A stretch of DNA of 64,000 nucleotides. It comes from Octopus vulgaris (lineage: Eukaryota). The notes below the pieces were generated by a model. That model was given only the letters and a program-made list of their open reading frames with translations. It did not search any database and was not told where the DNA came from. Every line of letters begins with the position of its first letter. Position 1 is the first letter of the stretch. The translations under genes were made by a program, and so were the position numbers. Positions 26,689 through 37,500 of the stretch are shown here, one piece after another. Location: contig OX597832.1 in the NCBI GenBank assembly GCA_951406725.2, positions 3,100,001-3,164,000 of the forward strand, given 5' to 3'.

Positions 26689-26977
26689 TACTCACAAACT
26701 GTTCATAAAACTGGATAATATTTTTATCCACGAAAGTCACCTTAGACTTCTGACATATAAAGCTAATCTTACCCATGTTAGCCAGCTTTTCGCCACCGAC
26801 GAAAATACCGTGTATCATTAAGGCTTTTCAGTTTCTGAAATATTTAAATCAAATATTAAAAGATAAAATAAGAATAAAATTTTCATTAAAAAAACTATCA
26901 TCTTAATAAATGGGCGCAAGTATGTTTTACCCACGTAATTTCGGATAATTTTCCCACTTCAATATTTAGGGAAAGGA

Positions 26978-27172
26978 AGGCGGCGAGCTGGCAGAAATGT
27001 TAGCTCGCCGGGCGAAATGCTTAGCTATCTTAACGTTCTGAGTTCAAATTCTGCCGATGTCGAGTTTGCCTTTCAGGGTCGATAAATTAAGTACCAGTTG
27101 CGTACTAAGATCGATCTAATCGACTGGTCCCCTTCCCCAAAATTTCGGGCCTTGTGCTTAGATTAGAAAAGA
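26978..27172 (+). mobile_element. Family C tRNA-derived SINE upstream of NDUFB4
   Basis: GGCGGCGAGCTGGCAGAA...GAGTTCAAATTC; CpGs retained. Confidence 0.8.
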
Positions 27173-27205
27173 ATATTTAGTGAATGGAAATTAGTAGCAA
27201 GATTA

Positions 27206-27208
<3 letters not shown>

Positions 27209-27290
<82 letters not shown>

Positions 27291-27303
27291 ATCTCTCTCT
27301 CTC
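27209..27303. repeat. (CT)n microsatellite
   Basis: Near-perfect CT run of ~95 bp. Confidence 0.95.
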
Positions 27304-27674
27304 ACAGATCCACTACGTTAACAGATTCCGCCTTTACGGGATTATAAAGTATAGACTGTAATTTCGGGATACGTTCCGTAATTTCACACTTACGGAAACT
27401 CGAATAAATTTTAACAGTCAATTTAAAAACTATACTGCCTTCTCAGCCGAAAGGCCACTTTAGCTAACAATGTGAAAAATTATCCCAATACCTACATATG
27501 TATGTATGTGCGTGTATACACACACACATACACTCACTCACACATACACACACACATGCATGCATGCATGCATACATGCATACATGCATGCATGCATACA
27601 TACATACATACATAGATACATGAAAACTGAACAATTACATACATGCAAATAAACAAAAGCACCCTGTTGTTGAT

Positions 27675-28060
27675 GGGACATGATGTTGTACCTAAGACAC
27701 TGTATAATGAGATCCATCGGAAGAATGACCCCGAGGCCAGAGAAATAAGAGCCCACAGTATGGTAGATGCCATAGCCACTCATAATAAAAAGGAGTACTG
27801 GTGAATGTCTGAGAGAAAATGACAATAAAATGTAAAGATAATAGACATAACATAGTAATTTGGGATAGAGAAGAGAAATCGTACAGTTGTGAAAATCAGT
27901 TGCCCAGCAAATGTTAATGTAAAGCTAAAGATCAGCGAAAAAGAAAATACCTACGCTGAATTATTGAGAAGTCTACAGTTACTCCATCCAGACTACAAGT
28001 TCAGTTTCATACCTGTAATTATTGGAGTGCTGGGATGTGTAACACTGCCTAAGTACCAAT
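27675..28060 (+). pseudogene. Non-LTR retrotransposon remnant, restriction-like endonuclease domain (R4/NeSL type)
   Basis: HDVVPKTLYNEIHRKNDP ... IVIWDREEK ... ISCPANVNVKLKISEKENTYAEL...FIPVIIGVLG: RHD/N, PD-(D/E) and K..KY-type RLE motifs, frameshifted. Confidence 0.7.
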
Positions 28061-28210
28061 GCTGGGATATATAACACTGCCTAAGTACCACCTTTGCGTT
28101 CCAAGTTCAAATGCTGCTGAGGTCAACTTTACTTTTCATCTTTTCAGGGTTGATTCATTTTACTAATTGTTGTGTCCTCTCTAAACTACATACATATGTG
28201 TCCACACATG

Positions 28211-28400
28211 TCATCATTATCATCATCATCATTTAAAGTCTGTAATCAATGCTGGTATGGGTTGAGGGGGCTTGATAAAGATCTAATGGGACCAGGAATC
28301 ACATTGTGCTCTAGTATCTGCTTTGGCATGATTTCTATGAATGGATACCCTTCCTAATTCCAAATACTTTACAGTGTGCTCGGGGTACTTTTTCATGCCA
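28211..28400 (-). mobile_element. Decayed family D element
   Basis: (CAT)n head followed by the reverse complement of the family D core. Confidence 0.55.
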
Positions 28401-29505
28401 CCTGCACTCTTGAGGTCACCATGCAGCTTACATGTTCCTGTTGTAGGAACATGGTTACTCAGATTAAGGGGAGAGAGTGTGAGCATGAATCAATAGTATC
28501 TTCAAAGAGATAAATAGTTGTGATGAGGTGTCCAAGTGTCACCTGGTGAGTGCAGTAGAGAAGCTAGGAATGTATGTATGGGAGTGGGGTGGGGTGCAAG
28601 AGTGTCTGAGGGAGAAATAGGGGAAATGTGGCAGAGAGGGGAAGCAACATCTGTAAAAATTGGGAGGAGTTGAAGGGTAGATGGAGGGAGTGATGGATAC
28701 GGGAGTGAGAGAAGCATGAATTGAGGAAGGGAGAGGGTTGCTAGTAGTAGGATGGTAATAATGATGCAATAGCAGGGGAGGAGAGAGATGACATTTTTGA
28801 GTTGGCTACATGAGCAGAATAGAGAAAGAGAGACAGGCATAGAGCATGAGGAGAGATAATTTGGTAGCTGTAACAGATAAGCTTGAGTAGTTACAGTTCT
28901 CCAGATACCATAGACGCTCAAATTGGAATTTGAGATTTTGACCAAAGAATTTGTAGAAAGCATTCTTTCAGTCCTTGAAGAAAGTCTTCATTGTTTTGGT
29001 GGTCTCATAATCACTTTGGTGCGAGTCTCCTATGTAGCTGAGAAACCTCTTCTCCAAGCCTAGGAGAAGGGTAATGCTGTGTTTCATACAATTTCATGGA
29101 CCAAAATTACTGAATGGATCCTCATGATATTTGGAACTTAGATTCAATGCATAAGGGCAGGTATAGTGCAATATGTTTGGTTTGAATTTCAGATGGATTA
29201 AAGGGGGGCAGAACCCCCATGAAAATTCATAAATTTTTGATGTTTATGAAATTTCAACCATGGGTAATTGACACACATCAAGAAGTATTCTCAGGGTTTC
29301 CACTTATCATGAGGATTCTAAGACACCCTAATGAGGGCCTTAACTCCAAAATTTTAGTCATTTCTTTTATGATCCAGGTCAAAAGTATTGAATGGATCTT
29401 TATGAAATTTGGAAAATATATTTTATGCATAAGGGCCATAAACCCCATGACAATTGATATATTTTTGCTGTTGATGAAATTTTAACCATAGATATTAGAC
29501 ACAAA

Positions 29506-29760
29506 TCTATTATATAAAATCCGTTCTGCCTGTCTGTGTGTGTATCTTCTAGGATCTCGGGCATCCTCCATCCAATTGCGCTCAAATTTGATATGTAGAT
29601 ACCGACGGTATCAGGGCATGTATAATAAGTCTTGAATACATTACAAAAATCGATTCCAGGTGAGAATGTGATCGATAAAGCCGTGGGAACGTGCATTTGT
29701 ATGTGCAAGTACATCAGCTGTTGTGATTGATACTACGCATACGCGAGGAAAATGCACGTG
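29506..29760 (+). mobile_element. Helitron-like element, 5' end
   Basis: A|TCTATTATATAAAA followed by CTGTCTGTGTGTG, as in the other Helitron-like copies; 3' limit uncertain. Confidence 0.5.
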
Positions 29761-30699
29761 CAGTTTGCGCAAAAAAAGCTGGCTGGCTTGAAATAATGCC
29801 ACAAAATGCAGTATATTTATGAGACCAAAAAAGTAAGATGCACAAGAGATATTTTCTTCAAACTTGGCATGAAGACAGGAAAGACCATTTGGTTTCTCAA
29901 GAAGTTTTTTTTTTTTTGCCTTAACTTCGTTTCACAAAACCAAAAATTTTATTGAAATAAAGGCATGCTTAATTATTTTTTAATGAAAGAAAACACTGAT
30001 TGCTTTTTATTCAAGGAAGAAAATACTATTTTCTTGCTAATAAATGATTTTTGTTGCCTTACAGCTTTAAACCAAAAAAACTGTTTTTTAGTGAAAGAAA
30101 ACCATTATTGTAAAGTATAAAAGCCATCTCAATATGGCTAACCACAAAGTGGGGCTAAAAAGCTACAGTAACACCCCCACTTTGTGGTTAGCCATATTGA
30201 GATGGCTTTTATACTTTACGTTGTCGAGCAGTTACTGTTTACATCTCGTTCTGAGATTTAATAATGAAAACCATTATTGTATTCAATCAAGATTGTTTGA
30301 GCTTTATTTCAAGTTGAATGTAGTCAAAATACTTCAATTTTAGAAACAAAAAACTATTTGCTTGCATCTTAATTGTGCAATATTTGCATTTTCTAAATGT
30401 AACAATTAACCTACAATTGACCAGTTTTTTTGTTTTTTTTTGGATGAAAATGTGACACTTTGCAAATACTTTGCAAATACTCCAAGGACACAGATATTGT
30501 GTCTAAAGCCAGCTGGAGACGAAGATCTCTTGGGGCTATAAAGCTACAATAACCCCCCCTCCCCAATGTGGTTAGCCATGATAAGATGGCTTCTATACTT
30601 TACATTATCGAGCGATTACTGTTTCAATCTCATTCTGAGATTTAATTATGCTATATATATATACATCTATATATATATTTGTGCAGATGTATACACACA

Positions 30700-30781
<82 letters not shown>

Positions 30782-31044
30782 ATATATATATATATGTATG
30801 TATGCCTGTATATATGTGAGATAATAGTTTCACTTTAATAGTTTCGGTATTAAAGTGAAACTATTAAAGTGAAAGTATCTGATATTACAGTAGAGAGATG
30901 TTATTGTTGTTTAATTTTTGACACGTAATTTGGGGCTTATGACACTACATGGACCCGAAGTAAGTCATGTGTAAAATTTGAATGAAATTGGTTGTTTAGT
31001 TCTCAGGTTTTAGGGATTCACAGACAGACAGACATTCTCATCTT

Positions 31045-31072
<28 letters not shown>

Positions 31073-31075
<3 letters not shown>

Positions 31076-31807
31076 AGGGCTTAGTAAAATAAATTACTTT
31101 GCCACATACTGAACTCATTAGAAATAGCAGCTAAAGAAATTTCTTTAGCTATTTCTAATACTTAAAGAAGATCTCTAAAATGGTCCCTTTACATACTGAA
31201 TACTTGGTGAAATTGATTAATAATTAATTAATTTTACCCTCAATTGTTGAAATTATAATTCATTTCTCTCTGTTTAATGCTTCGGATTTCACCGATAAAA
31301 CATAGTGTTTGTCAATTTTAACCCACGCTGGTGGAAAGGGGAGAGCAGAAATTCTTCGCTTGCATATTCTGAATTTGATAACACTTTTAGTTCGAGCAGA
31401 ATTCTAGAGGTGATAAGAAGCCAAAAAGGGTATGCTCCCACTTTCAGTGTTCCCAAATCCGAATCAAGGAGTTCTGAGCTGACGAAAGAAATGTCGATTT
31501 GACTAATCTAGAAACGTACGTTCTCAAATAACCTTTGCACTTGATTTTTTAATGTTTTTTCCCCCATACCTTTGTGAGTTGATTTGAGCAAACACTATCT
31601 GAGTGAGATCTTCTTTAAGTATTAGAAATAGCTAAAGAAATTTCTTTAGCTGCTATTTCTAATGAGTTCAGTATGTGGCAAAGTAATTTATTTTACTAAG
31701 CCCTTATATATAATGTAATATTTTGAATTCGCCTAAAATGGTCCCTTTACATACTGAATACTTGGTGAAATTGATTAATAATTAATTAATTTTACCCTCA
31801 ATTGTTG

Positions 31808-31811
<4 letters not shown>
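31073..31811. mobile_element. Penelope pLTR-like composite (inverted and direct repeats around a hammerhead)
   Basis: 31073-31174 is inverted at 31606-31708; 31176-31252 is repeated directly at 31734-31811. The same family lies at 61813-62010, 3' of the Penelope ORF. Confidence 0.6.
31466..31535 (+). ncRNA. Type I hammerhead ribozyme motif with palindromic stem III
   Basis: TGAG-CTGACGA-(stem II aga..gtc/gac..tct)-GAA-ACGTACGT-T-CTCA. Stem I extends via AAGG.GTT/AAC.CCTT. Predicted GUU cleavage after 31522. Confidence 0.7.
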
Positions 31812-31845
<34 letters not shown>

Positions 31846-31956
31846 GTATATGTATGTATGCCTGTATATATGTGCGATAATAGTTTCACTTTAAAAGTTT
31901 CAGTATTAAAGTGAAACTATTAAAGTGAAAGTATCTGACATTACAATAGAGAGATG

Positions 31957-32671
31957 GGATCTTTATCTTTTGACCAGCAGATTTAGAAAATAATTTTTTG
32001 TAGCTAAACACTTTCAAACTTCGTATACTGGTAGAATGTACCATATAAAATATCTTTTACTCTTAGCGTTTTTGAGAAAAGTTTATGTTTACGAAGTTAT
32101 TTCGTGTTAAAGTTGTCGTAATTTCAACCAATCACTGACGTGTATTCAGCTAGATAAAATTACTGCCGTTGTTTGTCAACAACAATTTCCGGCGGTGTAT
32201 ATTTTGTTTGTCACTGTTTATTATGACATCGTTCGTGCGTTTATACTGGTTTTAAGGTTTTGGTGTTAGGGTGTTAGAGTTAGGGTTGGGGTTTTAGGGT
32301 TATAGTTATGGAAAAAAAATGAAAAACGAAGCACGAACGATTATGCTTAAGATACACTCGTTTATGCATACGAACGTAACTGAGATGAAATATGTCATAA
32401 ATAACAGTGACAAATGAAATATACTCCGCCAGCAGTTGTTGTTGACAAGCAACAGCAGTAATTTTATTCAGTTGAATACACATCATTGAGTGGTTGAAAT
32501 GACCGATATACGACAACTTTAAAATGAAATAACTTCGTAAACATAAACTTTTCTCAAAAACGTTAAGAGTAAAAGGTGTTTTATATGACACATTCTACAA
32601 GTATACAAATTTGAAAGTGTTTACTTATAAAAAATTATTTTCTAAATCTACCGGTTAAAAGGTAAAGATCC
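31957..32671. mobile_element. Long-TIR foldback DNA transposon (MITE) with 8-bp TSD, possibly Merlin-like
   Basis: GGATCTTTA...TAAAGATCC ends, ~290-bp inverted arms, TSD GAGAGATG at 31949-31956 and 32672-32679. The empty site is seen in a paralog near 30890. Confidence 0.85.
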
Positions 32672-32979
32672 GAGAGATGTTATTGTTTCACTTTTGACAT
32701 GTAATAGTGGACAAAATATGATATTGCTGTGGGCTCACACTAAGCAAGAAGTTAAGTTTTTTGGCCTATGACACTACATGGAACCTAAGTAAAGCATGAG
32801 TAAAATTTGAATGAAATTGTGTAGTTTCAAGTTTTCGGGATTCACACAGACACATATTCTCATTTTTATATATATAGATATAAATACACACAGACAAAAA
32901 GATAAATTGATAGATACAACTGAGCAGGCAAACAGAAATATTAGACACTGCCTAGTACATTTTTTAAATTTTGATTAGC

Positions 32980-33272
32980 CTGGTACTTATTCTATCAGTT
33001 TCTTCTTGTAAAACCAAACAAGTTATGGGGATGTAAATAAAAGAAGAGCAATTGTGAAGCAGTGATGAGGGAGAAACACAGAGACAAAGACACACACATA
33101 CACTTACATATATATACGATTGATTTCTTTCAGTTTCTGTCTGCAAAATCCACTGACAAGGTTGGTCTGAGGCTATAGCAGACAATACATGCGAAGTCAC
33201 CACACAGTGGGACTGAACCCAGGATCATGTGTTTTGGAACCAAGTTTGTTACCACACAGCCACACCTGCACC
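32980..33272 (-). mobile_element. Decayed family B SINE
   Basis: Homologous to 37101-37500; duplicated at 33985-34282. Confidence 0.7.
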
Positions 33273-33984
33273 TATGTATATATATGTCTGTGTGTGTGTG
33301 TGTGTATGGGTGTATATATGTATGCATTTATATATGTGTATATATATATATATATATGTGTATACATATTACATGTACGTTTGTATATATATATATTTAT
33401 ATATATATATATACACATCTACACATATACATGTAAACATGCACATCTATATGTATATATATACATCTATACCTATACATGTATACATCTATATAAATAC
33501 ATGTATATATATATATAAATGTATATATATACATTTGTGCAGATGTATACATACATATATATATATATGTATGGGTATATGCATGTATGCTTGTATATAT
33601 GTGAGATAAAAGTTTCAGTATTAAAGTGAAACTATTAAAGTGAAAGTATCTGACATTACAATAAAGAGATGTTATTGTGATTTCACTTTTGACATGTAAT
33701 ACTGAAATAGTGGAGAGGATATGATTTTGCTGTGGGCTTGCACTAGGCGAGAAGTTAAAAATCTTTTTGGCCTATGACACTGCATGGACCCTAAGTAAGG
33801 CATGAATGAAATTGATTGTGTTGTTCTCAAGTTTTAGAGATTCACACAGACAGACACACATTCTCATTTTTATATATATAAATATATATACACACAGACA
33901 AAAAGATAAATTGATAGATACAACTGAGTAGGCAAACAGAAATATTAGACACTGCCTAGTACATTTTTTAAAATTTTGATAAGC

Positions 33985-34282
33985 CTGGTACTTATTCTAT
34001 CAGTTTCTTCTTGTCAAACCAAACAAGTTATGGGGATGTAAATAAAAGAAGAGCAGTGATGAGGGAGAAACACAGAAACAAAGACACAGACATACACTTA
34101 CATATATACATACATATATATATGATTGATTTCTTTCAGTTTCTGTCTGCAAAATCCACTGACAAGGCTTTGGTTGGTCTGAGGCTATAGCAAAGACACA
34201 TGCGAAGTCACCACACAGTGGGACTGAACCCATGATCATGTGTTTTGGAACCAAGTTTGTTACCCAACAGCCACACCTACAG
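33985..34282 (-). mobile_element. Decayed family B SINE (tandem-duplicated copy)
   Basis: Near-identical to 32980-33272 including its flanks. Confidence 0.7.
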
Positions 34283-34785
34283 CTATATATATGTGTGAGT
34301 GTGTGTGTGTGTGCGTGTGTGTATATGCATGTGTATGGGTGTATATATGTATGCATGTATATGTGTGTGTACATATTACATGTACGTCAACACATATACA
34401 TCTATATGTATATAAATACATCTATACATATACACCTATACATATACATCTATATATACATGTATATATATACATGTATATATATATATATATACATGTA
34501 TATATGTATGTATGTGTATATAGGTGAGATAATAGTTTCAGTATTAAAGTGAAAGTGTCTGACATTACAATTGAGAGATATCATTTCGCTTTTGACACGT
34601 AATACTGAAATAGTGGAGAAGATATAATATTGCTGTGGGCTTGCACTAGGCAAGAAGTTAAAAAATGTTTTTGGCCTACGACACTACATGGACCCTAAGT
34701 AAGGCATGTGTAAAATTTGAATGAAATTGGTTGCGTAGTTCTCAAGTTTTAGGGATTCACACAGACAGACACACATTCTCATCTT

Positions 34786-34844
<59 letters not shown>

Positions 34845-34904
34845 TAGCTGAAGGTGACCCGCTCTACGCGCGGGTAAGAGTGTGGTTGTTACTTTCTGTT
34901 GCTT

Positions 34905-35222
34905 CCTTTCAGCACATAAAAAGCACCATCCGAACGTGGCTGACTGCAGCGCCGCTTTGACCGGCTTCTGTGCCGGTGGCACATAAAAAGTACCAACAGA
35001 TCGTGACCGCTGCCAGCCCCCCCGGCACCTGTGCCGGCGGCACGAAAAAAGCACCCACTACGCTCACAGAGTGGTTGGCGTTAGGAAGGGCATCCACCTG
35101 TAGAAACACTGCCAGATCAGACTGGAGTCTGGTGCAGCCTCCTGGCTTCCCAGACCCCGGTCAAACTGTCTAACCCGTGCTAGCACGGAAAACGGACGTT
35201 AAACGATGATGATGATGATGAT
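34905..35222 (+). mobile_element. Family D element
   Basis: Core GAGTGGTTGGCGTTAGGAAGGGCATCC and (GAT)n tail. Confidence 0.75.
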
Positions 35223-36004
35223 TCTCCCTCACTTTCCCACTCTCTTACTCTTCCTTTCTCTTGGACTCTCCCTCGCTTTCTCTTACTCTCTATCTTTATC
35301 TATCTCTCTCCCATTTATAAACAACAGAAGATCTTGAGTAAGTTGAGAAATAAAATATTTAGAAAGATCAATCATAAGTATCAGGCAGTAACAACGGAAA
35401 GGTCTGCTTCAAGGCAGACAGCGAAACACTAACATTTAAAAGGGACAGGCGAACTTGCGAGCTGAATAAAAATAATAAAATATTGGAAACCAAAGTTTGA
35501 AGGGATAGAATTTGGCTGGCATTTCTTAACGACGGACAGCAACGTATTGACAGTTTAACGGCTGGCGTAAAATTTTGAACTTGATGTAAAAGAAAGTTCG
35601 TAAACACCAAGTTTTGAAGTGATTCTTTCTCACGACAGTAGACTCACGATGGCAAGCATTCAAAACTTCTTCATCATGGACGGCAACACATTGACGATTA
35701 AAAGGCTGGTGCAAATTTTTTAGCTTGATGTAACAGAGAATTGCTAAACACCTGCTCGTTTAAATTTTAATCCCCTCCCAGCCCCATTTAGACCCCTTTT
35801 CACATTTTGGTTAATATAACCCGATTTCATTCGGGTCTACTGGGGCCACATTTTATAAGATGAGGAATTTTGTCCTAGAGGTGATGCCTTTCATTTGAGG
35901 AAAAAAATAGTTGTCATACAAACTTGCCAGCACTTTTAACATAGGTGTGCATATTTTCAGCTGAATCGACCGACTACGTAATGCACACATTATATATATA
36001 TATA

Positions 36005-36058
<54 letters not shown>

Positions 36059-36349
36059 CACGCATTATATATACAAATGTATACAAATGAGATATATATC
36101 TGTATAAATTAAATTAGAGATAAAACCACTAATAGGCAAATCAAACAGTGAAAAACCAAAAACAAAAACATTAAAAAAAATATATGATATAGAAAATATA
36201 TAAAATATAAAATTGAAAAATTTTAATTATTTAAATTGAAAATAAAAATTATTAAATTATATTTATAATTTGTTTAAAAATATATATAACTATGAAAAAG
36301 TATGAAAAAGTTTAATATACATAAATAAAGATATATACACTTTGTATAT

Positions 36350-36590
36350 ATACATTATATATACATATTTATATATAGAACACACACACACATACATTAT
36401 ATATACATATTTATATATAGAACACACACACACACATACATTATATATACATATTTATATATAGAACGCACACAAACACACACACATACATTATATATAC
36501 ATATTTATATATAGAACACACACACACACACACATACATTATATATACATATTTATATATAGAACACACGCACACACACACACATATAAA
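36350..36590. repeat. Minisatellite, five ~40-50-bp units
   Basis: TACATTATATATACATATTTATATATAGAAC(AC)n repeated. Confidence 0.85.
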
Positions 36591-36982
36591 TGAACGCAAG
36601 AATATCTGATTCATAATATTTGTTCTCATGATTGTGTGTTGTTTGGTAGCGATGATAATTCTCCCTATGAATGCAAACAGATACATCAAAGAAAGCCGCC
36701 TGACGAACTTATAAAGGGAAAGTGAAAGGGAGTTGGGGGGAATACATTAAATAACGGGAGTGGACTTCTCAAAGTTATTCATGAAGGGGAGTAAGAGAGG
36801 GAAAGGAGGAAATAGCGTGAGTGAGGAAGATGGCCCCTGGCAACCACACCTTTTAAGCTAGGGATTTCTAAGGTAGCCCACGAGCATCGTCACCTCATTC
36901 TACATGTCCCTGTAAATTTTGGAGCGAATCGGACGGGATGTAGTGGCATTGAAAGCGATCCAAGCGCTAAAATCGCATTTCA

Positions 36983-37078
<96 letters not shown>

Positions 37079-37100
37079 TATACACATACAAACGCACATA

Positions 37101-37500
37101 GGCGCAGGAGTGGCTGTGTGGTAAGTAGCTTGCTTACCAACCACATGGTTCCGGGTTCAGTCCCACTGCGTGGCATCTTGCGCAAGTGTCTTCTGCTATA
37201 GCCCCGGGCTGACCAATGCCTTGTGAGTGGATTTGGTAGACGGAAACTGAAAGAAGCCTGTCGTATATATGTATGTATATATATATATATGTGTGTGTGT
37301 GTCTGTGTTTGGCTCCCTAGCATTGCTTGACTGATGCTGGTGTGTTTACATCCCCGTCACTTAGCTGTTCGGCAAAAGAGACCGATAGAATAAGTACTGG
37401 GCTTACAAAGAATAAGTCCCGGGGTCGATTTGCTCGACTAAAGGCGGTGCTCCAGCATGGCCGCAGTCAAATGACTGAAACAAGTAAAAGAGTAAAGAGT
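37101..37500 (+). mobile_element. tRNA-derived SINE, family B, full length
   Basis: GGCGCAGGAGTGGCTGTGTGG A box, GGTTCAGTCCC B box, (AAGAGTA)n tail. Confidence 0.9.

Larger units (their letters stand above)
34844..36990 (-). mobile_element. Helitron-like element with nested insertions
   Basis: 3' end reads CCCGCGCGTAGAGCGGG hairpin + CTAG|T on the minus strand; internal ~120-bp imperfect repeats at 35520-35755; the 5' limit near the TA run at 36990 is inferred. Confidence 0.45.

Noticed and set aside
36350-36590. Repeat-spacer pattern resembling a CRISPR array
   Set aside because: Eukaryotic minisatellite; the apparent spacers are just (AC)n and there are no cas genes.
36699-36730. CTGACGA...GAAA string
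   Set aside because: No pairable stems II, III or I.
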